This document shows, one piece after another, positions 1-9,361 of a stretch of DNA of 64,000 nt. The DNA comes from an uncultured Clostridia bacterium. Lineage in GTDB: Bacteria > Bacillota > Clostridia > TANB77 > CAG-465. The stretch's first letter is position 1, and each line of letters begins with the position of its first letter. The position numbers and the translations under genes are program-made. The notes beneath the pieces are model-generated. The model was not told where the DNA came from. It saw nothing but the letters and a program-made list of their open reading frames with translations, and searched no databases. The stretch lies in contig CALWOC010000002.1 of the NCBI GenBank assembly GCA_944383015.1, positions 177,972 to 241,971 on the forward strand, given 5' to 3'.

Positions 1-31
1 AAATAGATTAATATTAGGAAATAATAAAAAA

Positions 32-265
32 ATGTTGGAACAGTATAATGCTTATGTTAAAGAAATAGCTAACACCATAATTATGGATTTACCTGATGAG
101 GATAAAGAAAAAATAAGAAAAGATTCAGATTATAGTGGTTATCATTTTGGATTTGGATTGTATATTAGAAACAATTATATTTACGGAAAAGTTGATATAA
201 AAGTGGATGCAGATGATATGTCTAGTGATATTTTTTATGAAATAGTAGATATTTTAAATAGTTAA
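32..265 (+). CDS. Small hypothetical protein (DUF6794-like)
   Basis: 77 aa ORF with YHFGFGLYIRNNY motif. Confidence 0.55.
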   Translation: MLEQYNAYVKEIANTIIMDLPDEDKEKIRKDSDYSGYHFGFGLYIRNNYIYGKVDIKVDADDMSSDIFYEIVDILNS

Positions 266-273
266 AAAAAGTG

Positions 274-306
274 TAAGGAGATATAGAAATATATCTTCTT
301 ATTTTC
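274..306 (+). terminator. Hairpin with GAAA loop, probable terminator
   Basis: taaggagatata-gaaa-tatatcttctta followed by tttt. Confidence 0.55.
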
Positions 307-323
307 ATTTAGAGGAGGTAGTT

Positions 324-635
324 ATGAATAAGGAAGATAAAGTATATGTACCTAAAAATGTCAAGAAACAATTAGAATTTTTTAGGGGGTTCGGAGTAAA
401 AGAATTAATAATAACTTTAATAGTAGGAGTTTTAAGTATTATACCTACAATTTTGTTATATAAGTATGGGCATCAAGCATTTGCATTAACATTATTTTTG
501 GTTGTAGTTGCTACAACAATTATGTTAGTGATAAAAGATGATAATAATGTATCTTTCTTACAGCAGTTAAAACTTGTATGTAAGAGCATATTTATGCAGA
601 AGAATTTTAAATATGGAAAGAGAAGTAAGAGATGA
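324..635 (+). CDS. PrgI-family conjugation membrane protein
   Basis: VYVPKNVKKQLEFFRGFGVKEL start, two TM helices, upstream of VirB4-like gene; GGAGG RBS. Confidence 0.75.
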   Translation: MNKEDKVYVPKNVKKQLEFFRGFGVKELIITLIVGVLSIIPTILLYKYGHQAFALTLFLVVVATTIMLVIKDDNNVSFLQQLKLVCKSIFMQKNFKYGKRSKR

Positions 636-1222
636 ATATATTAGAAAAAATGTTTGGAAATAATACTTTAAGTTGTGATGAAGAGTTAAATATTTTAGAC
701 ATAGAAGATAATATTTTTTATTCGCTAGATAATAAAGTTTCAATTTATATTAAAATAGAGCCTATACTTTTCGAATATTTAAGCAGTGATGAAAAAAGTA
801 TTATAGTTAAAAGATTAACTAGAGAGCTTGCAGGGGAAAGAGATATTATAAAAATAATAACAATGTCATTACCTATATCAACAGTAGAGGTAGATAAATA
901 TTTAGATGAAAAGAGAAATAGTGCTAAAAATTCTTTTAAAAGGAGTATGCTACTTAAACAAATAGATGATATAAACAAATTAAGTTATAGAGGAGAAATG
1001 ATAGAAAAACAAGTTATAATTCAGTTATTTCAAAGTAGTGTTGACAATGTGAATGAAAAACTTGAAAAAAGGGCTAAAGAGTTTGTGATTAAGTTACAAA
1101 ATGCAGGCATAACTAGTCATATTTTAAATAAACGTGAAATATTACAATTATTTAATTCTTTTCTTAATATGAAATTAAAAGAAGAACATATAAATGATGT
1201 TTGGAGTGATGATGATGAATAG
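632..1222 (+). CDS. Conjugation protein (TraE/VirB4 N-terminal-like)
   Basis: 196 aa between prgI and ATPase, overlapping both. Confidence 0.6.
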   Translation: MNILEKMFGNNTLSCDEELNILDIEDNIFYSLDNKVSIYIKIEPILFEYLSSDEKSIIVKRLTRELAGERDIIKIITMSLPISTVEVDKYLDEKRNSAKNSFKRSMLLKQIDDINKLSYRGEMIEKQVIIQLFQSSVDNVNEKLEKRAKEFVIKLQNAGITSHILNKREILQLFNSFLNMKLKEEHINDVWSDDDE

Positions 1223-3002
1223 AGAAAAAAATATTAAAATAATAGATGCACTTACTCCACTTACAGGTATGAGTTATGAAAATGGAATGATTAGAATAGG
1301 AGATATGTATTCAAAAGTTGGAGGAATAACAGATTATCCAACTACTTTACCACTTGGAATAAGTAGTAAATATAATAAAGTCCCCTTTTCATATACAACA
1401 CATATTTTTATACCTGAAAATTCTGGATTATTTACAAAGGGAATAGCAAAAGGAATAAGACAAGCAGAAATGAGAGGTTACGAAACTAAAGATGCAGGTA
1501 TTGAAATATTTTCAAAAAATGAAGCAAATTCAGGGCGAGAAATGATAGAGCGAATACAAGATGGAGATACAGTGGGGTATATGATTAATATGTCTATGAT
1601 ATTTGGAGAAACACCTGAAGAAGTTAAAAATAGATATAGTAGATTTGAAAATCAAATAGAAGGATTACAAATGAGGTTTAGAGGAATGTCGCATTTATCA
1701 AGACAATCTTTTAAAACATTAGCTCCATTTTATACAATAGATTCAGAAGTAGAAAATATATTTAAAAGAAATATACTATTTTCTGATTTCTGTAAGTGTT
1801 TTCCCTTTGCAGGTAATCAAATAACAAAAGAAGGCTATTATTTAGGTGTAGATAATATGAATGGATTGCTACTTCATAATTCTTGGGAGAGAAAAAATAA
1901 TATGAATGGTAACATGGTTGTTATTGGTGAAAGTGGAAGTGGTAAGACAACAGCTTGCAAGCATTTACTTTTTAATGAATATCTAATTGGAACAAAACTA
2001 ATAGTAATTGATCCTGAAAACGAATATGGGGCTTTTGCAAGAAGTTTAAAAGGTAATGTAATAGATATTTCAGGAGGAAATGAAAATATAATTAATCCAC
2101 TACAAATAAGAGTAAATTTTGATGATAATAATGGTATTAAAAATTCCTATGATTTTCATATACAGAAAATAAGGAATTTTTTTAATATCTTATTACCTGA
2201 ACTTAGATATACTGAACTTAATTTATTAATTAGAGAGTTGGAAAAAACTTATACTAATTTTAAGATAAATAGAGAAACTGATTTTACTAAGTTAAATAAT
2301 AAAGATTATCCTATACTAAGTGATTTATATAAAACAATAAAGACTAGTTTTATCAGTATTGATAAAGATGACGACTATTATTTAACTTATAGAGTGATAT
2401 TAGATTTTATAAGAGAGCTTACAAGTGGAATATATTCAAAAATGTTTAATGAACATACAAATATTAATCTAGATAATGATATTACAATTTTTAATATATC
2501 AGAAGTACAAAATGTGGAAGACAATATAAAAAAAGCTTTGTATTACAATTTACTTAATTTTTGTTGGGAGCAAATAACTAATAATAAAAGGAAAAATGAG
2601 AATACTTTTTTAATACTTGATGAAGCTCATTTAATGCTTGATAGTAGGATAAAGGATACAATGATTACTTTGAAAACTATTTCTAAAAGATGCAGAAAAT
2701 ATAATGCTAATTTAATGATTATAACTCATTCATTAATAGATATGTTAGATGATGAACTAAGAAAAGAAGGACAGGGGATACTAGAAAATTCAAACTATAA
2801 AATATTACTTGGAACTGATGGTAGAAACTTAGAAGAATCAAGAGATATATTTAAACTTACAGAACAAGAACTTGATATATTAGCTTCTAAAAAGAAAGGG
2901 AGTGGTATATTCATAGCAGGAAGTTTAAAGACACCAATTAATTTTAAGATTTTAAAGTATGAGAAGGAGTTTGTTTTAGGAGAAAATAGAAATGGAACTT
3001 AA
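1194..3002 (+). CDS. VirB4-like conjugation ATPase
   Basis: Walker A GESGSGKT, VIDPENEY, Walker B LILDEAH, KRCRKY motif. Confidence 0.9.
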   Translation: MMFGVMMMNREKNIKIIDALTPLTGMSYENGMIRIGDMYSKVGGITDYPTTLPLGISSKYNKVPFSYTTHIFIPENSGLFTKGIAKGIRQAEMRGYETKDAGIEIFSKNEANSGREMIERIQDGDTVGYMINMSMIFGETPEEVKNRYSRFENQIEGLQMRFRGMSHLSRQSFKTLAPFYTIDSEVENIFKRNILFSDFCKCFPFAGNQITKEGYYLGVDNMNGLLLHNSWERKNNMNGNMVVIGESGSGKTTACKHLLFNEYLIGTKLIVIDPENEYGAFARSLKGNVIDISGGNENIINPLQIRVNFDDNNGIKNSYDFHIQKIRNFFNILLPELRYTELNLLIRELEKTYTNFKINRETDFTKLNNKDYPILSDLYKTIKTSFISIDKDDDYYLTYRVILDFIRELTSGIYSKMFNEHTNINLDNDITIFNISEVQNVEDNIKKALYYNLLNFCWEQITNNKRKNENTFLILDEAHLMLDSRIKDTMITLKTISKRCRKYNANLMIITHSLIDMLDDELRKEGQGILENSNYKILLGTDGRNLEESRDIFKLTEQELDILASKKKGSGIFIAGSLKTPINFKILKYEKEFVLGENRNGT

Positions 3003-3675
3003 AGCAATTTTAGCAGTAATAGAAACTTTAAAAAATGAGGATTTAAGAAATAATATAGTAACGGGAATAACACTACTAGTTGTTGCAATAATACTTATAA
3101 TTTTGATTCCTTTATATATACTTTTAAATCCATTAGAAAATATCAAAAATTTTTTAAGTTCAGATGAACAAGTAATAGTAGAAGATATACAAAGTGATTA
3201 TAAAAGTATAGACTATGGAATGGGTAATATCACTATAAATAGTAAATTTGGATTCCCTCTTGAAAATGTTAATGCAGTAGTTATAACAGCAGAGTATGGA
3301 AATTATGATCCTTGGAATACAGGAACACAAACTAAACATACTGGAATAGATTTATCAGGCATACATAGAGATAATGTTTTAGCAGTAGAAAAAGGAGAAG
3401 TGGTTTTCGCAGGAGTGCAAAAAGGATATGGTAATTGTATAGAATTAAAGCATAATATTGATGGAACAGAAATATATACTTTTTATGCTCATTTGAGTAG
3501 TATAGGAGTTGAGGAAGGGCAGTTAGTAGAACAGGGTTACATTATAGGCAAAGAAGGTGGCGACCCATATACAGATCAAAATGCAGGTAATAGTACAGGA
3601 CATCACTTACACTTTGAAGTTAGAACAAGTAAAGATTATGGGAATGATATAAATCCAAAAGAGTTTATTTTCTAG
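2992..3675 (+). CDS. Membrane-anchored M23 peptidase (conjugation cell-wall hydrolase)
   Basis: N-terminal TM, HTGIDL, YAHL, STGHHLHFEVR. Confidence 0.9.
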   Translation: MELKAILAVIETLKNEDLRNNIVTGITLLVVAIILIILIPLYILLNPLENIKNFLSSDEQVIVEDIQSDYKSIDYGMGNITINSKFGFPLENVNAVVITAEYGNYDPWNTGTQTKHTGIDLSGIHRDNVLAVEKGEVVFAGVQKGYGNCIELKHNIDGTEIYTFYAHLSSIGVEEGQLVEQGYIIGKEGGDPYTDQNAGNSTGHHLHFEVRTSKDYGNDINPKEFIF

Positions 3676-3677
3676 AA

Positions 3678-3708
3678 TTGAAAAAAATGTCATAAAATGA
3701 TATAATAT
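3678..3708 (+). promoter_or_regulatory. SigA-type promoter of kinase gene
   Basis: TTGAAA ... TGATATAAT extended -10, then GGAGG RBS. Confidence 0.55.
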
Positions 3709-3730
3709 CAACATAAAAAATGGAGGAAAA

Positions 3731-5257
3731 ATGTTATCAGATAATGTATTAAGGGAGATTTCAAGAATATTTATCGGAGATATTCCAGTTAACATAGAAG
3801 GAATAAGTTATAATTATAGATATAAAACAGGTGGGGAACTAGTAGATATATTTAATAATGAGTTCGGTTTCTCAGATGTATATGAATCTGGTTTTCCGTC
3901 AAGATGGTATTATGTTCAATCATGTTTAGGTCTATTACAAAGTATTGGAGAATTAGAAAGTTTTTTATCATATATGTTGAATGAAAACTATTTAGCTTTG
4001 GATATGAATTTAACAAAAGTAGAAAGTGTGAAATGTAAAAAGGATATCATAAATTTTATTAATAAAATTGCAAGGGTAGATGGTATATCTTTGCAGTTAA
4101 AAAATAATAAGATTTGTATAGTAAAAGAAGATAATGATTTGGAAGAAATAGGTCATGGTGGTTTCGCTAAAGTTTATAGAAGAAAGTCAAATGATATTGT
4201 AGAAAAACATTTGTATGAAGAATTATATGAAGATAAATCAATAGTGAGCAGATTTAAACGTGAATTTGAGATAACGCAATCTTTAAAAAATTTAAATGGA
4301 ATTGTAGAAGTTTATGAATACAAAAAAGAAGATAATATTTATACAATGAAGTTTTATGAGCAAACATTGGAAGATTATGTTAATGCTAATAATTTATCAG
4401 ATAAAGAAAAAGTTTTAATAATAAAAAATATTTTAAGTATAATGGCACAAGTGCATGAAATGAGTATTATACATAGGGATTTGAGTCCTTCCAATATTTT
4501 TTATCAAGATTCTAAAATAGTAATTGGAGATTTTGGATTAGGTAAAAATTTAAATTTATTATACTCACATCAAACTATGTTAACAAAGGCTTTAGGACGA
4601 TATCAGTATTGTGACCCTGAACAATTTATGTTATTAAGAGAGGGGGATAAAAAAAGTGATGTATATTCATTAGGAAGAGTAATAAACTTTATAATGACTA
4701 AAAATCCAATGGCTAATAATCATATTTTTAAATCAGTAACAGAAAAAGCTTGTTCAACAGTAAAGGCAGTAAGATATAATGATGCAAAAGAGCTATTAAA
4801 TGCAATAAATAAATCTATAAATTTTCACGAAAATGAACAAAATATAGAAAATATAAAATCGTCTATTGCAAGGGGAGAATATAATGAACAAATAAATATG
4901 TATATTAGCGAGATGTCAATAGATAAGGTATTAAAGTCACTGTGTGAAATGAAAAACTTTGATCATGCACTATATGAATATATAAAGGTGGATAATGAAT
5001 TGGCATTGAAAGTAGTTAATCAGTTAGCTGAAGAATATACACAAAATAGATTAAAATGGGAAGATTATGATAAAATAGCAGATTTTATGTTTAAAGTTGT
5101 AAATAACATGAATTTTTCTTTTGCTATTAGAGAAATAGCAGCTAATGTTATAAATTATGTGGCTAAGAGTATAAACCGATTTGGTGTACAAGAGAAGGTA
5201 AAAAAATTAATAAATGAAGGTGTAGAGCCACTTATTGAAGAAATTTTACAAGATTAA
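3731..5257 (+). CDS. Ser/Thr protein kinase, Stk2-like putative anti-phage kinase
   Basis: GHGGFAKV, RFKRE, HRDLSPSN, DFGLG, KSDVYSLG; no TM or PASTA; N-terminal YKTG...GFPSRW domain. Confidence 0.85.
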   Translation: MLSDNVLREISRIFIGDIPVNIEGISYNYRYKTGGELVDIFNNEFGFSDVYESGFPSRWYYVQSCLGLLQSIGELESFLSYMLNENYLALDMNLTKVESVKCKKDIINFINKIARVDGISLQLKNNKICIVKEDNDLEEIGHGGFAKVYRRKSNDIVEKHLYEELYEDKSIVSRFKREFEITQSLKNLNGIVEVYEYKKEDNIYTMKFYEQTLEDYVNANNLSDKEKVLIIKNILSIMAQVHEMSIIHRDLSPSNIFYQDSKIVIGDFGLGKNLNLLYSHQTMLTKALGRYQYCDPEQFMLLREGDKKSDVYSLGRVINFIMTKNPMANNHIFKSVTEKACSTVKAVRYNDAKELLNAINKSINFHENEQNIENIKSSIARGEYNEQINMYISEMSIDKVLKSLCEMKNFDHALYEYIKVDNELALKVVNQLAEEYTQNRLKWEDYDKIADFMFKVVNNMNFSFAIREIAANVINYVAKSINRFGVQEKVKKLINEGVEPLIEEILQD

Positions 5258-5276
5258 GTTTGATACAAAAGGAGGA

Positions 5277-5831
5277 ATGAATATAGTAGTAGATATATAC
5301 AGTACAGATAGAAAATATAATATTATTTATGCTGATCCACCTTGGAAATATAATACATGGAGAGATGGTGAAGGAACAGCAGAAAAACATTATCCAACTA
5401 TGAAAGTTGAAGAAATAGTAAATATGAAGGATACAATCAAGAAAATATCAGAAAAAGATTGTATTCTTTTTTTGTGGGTTACATTCCCTTGTTTATTAGA
5501 TGGAATAAGAGTTATAAAAGAGTGGGGATTTAGATACAAAACTTGTGGCTTTAATTGGATAAAAAGAAATAAAGTAAGTGATACATGGTTCTTTGGGCTA
5601 GGACATTGGACTAGGGCAAACTCTGAAATATGTTTACTAGCTACAAAAGGAACTATAAAGAGAAAGTCAAATAAAGTATCACAGATAATAGATACTCATA
5701 TTGAAGAACATAGTAAAAAGCCTTCAATAGTTAGAGATAAAATAATAGAACTTGTAGGAGATTTACCACGAATTGAATTATTTGCTAGACAAACAGCACA
5801 AGGATGGGATAGTTGGGGTAATGAAGTTTGA
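5277..5831 (+). CDS. MT-A70 family N6-adenine methyltransferase
   Basis: IIYADPPW, LFLWVT, GLGHWTRANSE, HSKKP, RIELFAR; start uncertain (ORF open from 5235). Confidence 0.9.
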   Translation: MNIVVDIYSTDRKYNIIYADPPWKYNTWRDGEGTAEKHYPTMKVEEIVNMKDTIKKISEKDCILFLWVTFPCLLDGIRVIKEWGFRYKTCGFNWIKRNKVSDTWFFGLGHWTRANSEICLLATKGTIKRKSNKVSQIIDTHIEEHSKKPSIVRDKIIELVGDLPRIELFARQTAQGWDSWGNEV

Positions 5832-5874
5832 AAAGATAGTTAATTTATGATAAAATAAAAATATAGTTTGGGAG

Positions 5875-6177
5875 ATGATTGCTATGAGTTTCTTTAAAAA
5901 TCTAGGTATCTTTAATATGTTAACAGCTAAAAATGGAGCTGAATTTGGATTAGGTGCTTTAACATATCTTGCACAGGCAGAAAAAGAGGAAATATTAGAA
6001 AATAATAGGATATGTGCTGAAGACTGGATTGAAATTATAGAAGAACTAGAAATAGCTGATGATAAAAAGAAATTAGCAATAGGCTATTGTAATAGATTAA
6101 AAAGGGCATATAAACCTAATGATGTAAATTATATTGTTAGACAAATAAATAAATTAACAGGTTGTGATTTTGAGTAA
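5875..6177 (+). CDS. Hypothetical protein
   Basis: 100 aa ORF with promoter-like TTGAAA..TGATAAAAT upstream and hairpin downstream. Confidence 0.6.
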   Translation: MIAMSFFKNLGIFNMLTAKNGAEFGLGALTYLAQAEKEEILENNRICAEDWIEIIEELEIADDKKKLAIGYCNRLKRAYKPNDVNYIVRQINKLTGCDFE

Positions 6178-6178
6178 T

Positions 6179-6206
6179 GGATTATCAGAAATGGTAGTCC
6201 TTTTTT
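6179..6206 (+). terminator. Intrinsic terminator, GAAA loop
   Basis: ggattatca-gaaa-tggtagtcc-tttttt. Confidence 0.6.
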
Positions 6207-6220
6207 ATTGGAGGAGTGAT

Positions 6221-6880
6221 ATGACATTAGTAATTACAAATAATCAAAATACAAAAGATATGGTAGTTAAATATATAAATGTTAAAGAGTGTGTTATAGA
6301 AATTTTAGAAAAGAAATTTAGTGTTTATATAGATAATGATTTTATGAATAGAAACTTAGAGCAGTTTGATAAAATAATTATAGATATAGGAGAGTTTGAA
6401 GATACAAAAGAAGAAATATTAAAAGCAATTACTAGGATAAGAATTATATATGATATACAAATTATTATAATAGCTTTAAAATATAGAGCTGGGAATGAAT
6501 TATTATCAGATTTATTTGATATAGGAATATATGATTTTATTATATCTGAAGATGAGGAAAATCAAAATGAAGAGTGGATAAAGTCAATAAATAGAAATAA
6601 CTATATAGATGCAATAAAATTTAAAGTAAAGACAAATGAAAAGAAAAAGAAGATAAAAAAGATAAGTAAAAATAAGTTGAAAAAGAATTTAAGAGAAAAT
6701 GATGAACAGGTTAGTAAAAATATACTATCCTGTTTTTTATCTTTAAAAAGTAAGCTATCAGATGTATTAACACTTATATGGTATGCATTTATAACTGTTC
6801 TTGTAAGTATTGGTGCAACAGCACTTTTAAATTCTAATATAAGGCAACTTATTATTGAAATTATACAAGGAGGAAAATAG
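6221..6880 (+). CDS. Hypothetical membrane protein with degenerate receiver-like N-terminal domain
   Basis: GGAGG RBS before ATG 6221; KIIIDI...GIYDFI alpha/beta pattern; C-terminal TM. Confidence 0.6.
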   Translation: MTLVITNNQNTKDMVVKYINVKECVIEILEKKFSVYIDNDFMNRNLEQFDKIIIDIGEFEDTKEEILKAITRIRIIYDIQIIIIALKYRAGNELLSDLFDIGIYDFIISEDEENQNEEWIKSINRNNYIDAIKFKVKTNEKKKKIKKISKNKLKKNLRENDEQVSKNILSCFLSLKSKLSDVLTLIWYAFITVLVSIGATALLNSNIRQLIIEIIQGGK

Positions 6881-6881
6881 A

Positions 6882-7910
6882 ATGAAAAAGATAGTTATAC
6901 CTTTGATATTAAGCTTGATATTAACCAAAAATATATATGCAAGTGAAGTATCAAATATTATAAAAGAAAATAATAATCTAAAGTATGAGTATGAGGTAAA
7001 TAAAGAAGAAAAAGATAATTTTATTGAATCACTAGAAAAAGAAATTAATTATGAGGAAAAAAATTATAAATTGTTAAATTATAATGTAAAAGAACAAGAT
7101 TATACTGATATTATTGAAATAAGTGATATTCAAGAAATTACAACTAATTCTAATAGTTTAAATGATATTCTAAATATTTTACCTAAAACAATTAGTTATG
7201 ATAAAGATGGATATATCGGTACAAATAATTTAGATTATGAGAGTATAGAGGTAACACCAATATATAATGGTTATTATGAAGAATATATAGATGAAGTAAA
7301 ACAATATTTTGATCTTACTAGAAATGATATGGACTTTATACCAAAAGAAATAGAAAAAGATGGTTATACACTTTATTTAATAAATGTAGATTGGTATAAA
7401 CAAACGAGCAAGAATACAGGAGATTTTGAAATAGCTGATTTATATAGGGGAGAGGCTTTTTATAGAGGTGTGAAGAGGATATATAACCCATATACATATC
7501 GAGTAATAGCAAAGTATAATGGTAATGCTAAAAAAAATATAGTAAGACCTTATTTAATAGAAGTAAACTATGAAGAAATAAGACCTGAAATAGAAGAAGT
7601 TGAAAAGAATAATATTGTATTACCAGTAACTGTCGCAACGACTAGTTCAATATTTTTTGTACTACTATTATTGTATTTTAATAATAAAGTAAGAGTATAT
7701 TGTAATGGAAGGTATATAGGAAGTTATAAAATAAAAGATAATGTACTAACCATAACTGATTCTACTAATAGAACTTATACAAATAACTATTTATTAAAGT
7801 TTAATAAAAAATTATATAAAAAGTATAAAGGAAGAACTATTAAATTTGTGAAAGGAACTTTAAGTAAACATTGTCAAGTTTTAAGCTGTAATGTTGAAGT
7901 AAGTCTTTAG
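6882..7910 (+). CDS. Secreted, C-terminally membrane-anchored hypothetical protein
   Basis: Signal peptide MKKIVIPLILSLILTKNIYA; TM near C-terminus. Confidence 0.65.
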   Translation: MKKIVIPLILSLILTKNIYASEVSNIIKENNNLKYEYEVNKEEKDNFIESLEKEINYEEKNYKLLNYNVKEQDYTDIIEISDIQEITTNSNSLNDILNILPKTISYDKDGYIGTNNLDYESIEVTPIYNGYYEEYIDEVKQYFDLTRNDMDFIPKEIEKDGYTLYLINVDWYKQTSKNTGDFEIADLYRGEAFYRGVKRIYNPYTYRVIAKYNGNAKKNIVRPYLIEVNYEEIRPEIEEVEKNNIVLPVTVATTSSIFFVLLLLYFNNKVRVYCNGRYIGSYKIKDNVLTITDSTNRTYTNNYLLKFNKKLYKKYKGRTIKFVKGTLSKHCQVLSCNVEVSL

Positions 7911-7913
7911 GTA

Positions 7914-8474
7914 TTGAATATGAAAAAGAAGATATTAATATGTATAAGTATTATAGTAATACTCGTTTTAGTTATTGTTGTTAGTTTGTTTATAAATAAT
8001 AAAAATAAAGTAAAAAAAGTTAATGATATTGTTGTAGAAGATATTATAAACGATCCAAATGGAAATATTAATCAAGAAGAAATATTAGATAATTCTATAA
8101 TTGGTAAATTAACAATACCAAAGATAAACTTAATAGATGTAAATATATGTGAAAGTGTAGAATTAGAAACGTTATCTCATTCGATAGGACATTTTGAAAA
8201 TACTAATATTTATGAAGGAAATGTAGGACTTGCAAGTCATAATGCAGGAACAAGAGCTAATTATTTTGCTGATATAAATAAATTAGAGATGGGAGATGAA
8301 ATATACTATAAAACTAGATATGGTACTAAAAAATATTTAGTAGACAATATAACACAGATAAATAGTTATGATTGGAGTAAACTTGAGCAAACGGAAGATA
8401 ATAGAATAACTTTAATAACCTGCATTTCAGGTAATCAAAATTTAAGATTATGTGTGCAAGGTGTTGAAAAATAG
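7914..8474 (+). CDS. Sortase (class D-like)
   Basis: N-terminal TM, GNVGLASHN, ITLITC, catalytic Arg in NLRLCV. Confidence 0.9.
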   Translation: MNMKKKILICISIIVILVLVIVVSLFINNKNKVKKVNDIVVEDIINDPNGNINQEEILDNSIIGKLTIPKINLIDVNICESVELETLSHSIGHFENTNIYEGNVGLASHNAGTRANYFADINKLEMGDEIYYKTRYGTKKYLVDNITQINSYDWSKLEQTEDNRITLITCISGNQNLRLCVQGVEK

Positions 8475-8500
8475 TATTTTTCGTTGTATATTAATATTAT

Positions 8501-8540
8501 AGAAGAAGTATTGAGATTAACCCCCAACACTTCTTTTTTT
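8501..8540 (+). terminator. Intrinsic terminator
   Basis: agaagtattg...caacacttct plus T run. Confidence 0.55.
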
Positions 8541-8547
8541 GTATTTG

Positions 8548-8586
8548 AAAAGGGGATTGACTTAAAAAAAACGATTTTTATATAAT
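8548..8586 (+). promoter_or_regulatory. Promoter with shared AAAAGGG(G)ATTGACTT motif (copy 1)
   Basis: TTGACT 8557-8562, 18 bp, TATAAT 8581-8586. Confidence 0.6.
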
Positions 8587-8600
8587 TATTATATAAGGAT

Positions 8601-9299
8601 GTGATTTTTATGATTTTAAGAAGAATATTTATAACTTTAGCAATAATAGTTACAACAAGTGTAGTAGGTTCAGGATTACTTATATTAGGTAATTTATCTG
8701 ATAAAAATATTTCTGAAGTTGAAATTTATGCAAAAGAGAATATCGGTATAGATATTGAAGATATAGCAAATAGTAATACTGCTGAAGAAGTAATTGCTAA
8801 AGTAGAAAATATTGAACCTTTAATAAATGATACGAAATCAGAAGAAACTAATATTAATATAAAAAATGGAACTAATTATAAAGAAAATATAAATAATGTT
8901 AGTACAAGCAAACAAACAGTAAAAACCAATATATCCAATAATATTACTGAAACTAGCACACAAAATGCTGTTGTAGAAAAAGAAGAAAAACAAGTTAGTA
9001 ATATACAACCTAAAGAAGATGTATATACTTTTGTTAGAAATGATATAGAAATTCAAAATATGATTTCTATAACTAAAAGATTAATTATGGAAAATAAAGA
9101 AAATAGATATTCAGGACTTGTGGATAATGTGAATAACATTAACTTTATTATAGAAAAGTCAGGAAATGTTTTTTATCCACTTTATGAATATAGAATAGCA
9201 AATATAGTAATGGATAATTATTATCCAGAATTTTATGTTTATGCTGAAGATGTATATAAAAATGGAGAATATTTGAGAACAGAATACTATTTTCAATAG
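8601..9299 (+). CDS. Membrane-anchored/secreted hypothetical protein
   Basis: N-terminal hydrophobic helix, N/T/E-rich linker, small C-terminal domain. Confidence 0.65.
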   Translation: MIFMILRRIFITLAIIVTTSVVGSGLLILGNLSDKNISEVEIYAKENIGIDIEDIANSNTAEEVIAKVENIEPLINDTKSEETNINIKNGTNYKENINNVSTSKQTVKTNISNNITETSTQNAVVEKEEKQVSNIQPKEDVYTFVRNDIEIQNMISITKRLIMENKENRYSGLVDNVNNINFIIEKSGNVFYPLYEYRIANIVMDNYYPEFYVYAEDVYKNGEYLRTEYYFQ

Positions 9300-9361
9300 A
9301 AATTTAAAGCAAGTAAGTGAAAACATTTACTTGCTTATTATAATTTAGGGAGGAAAACGAA

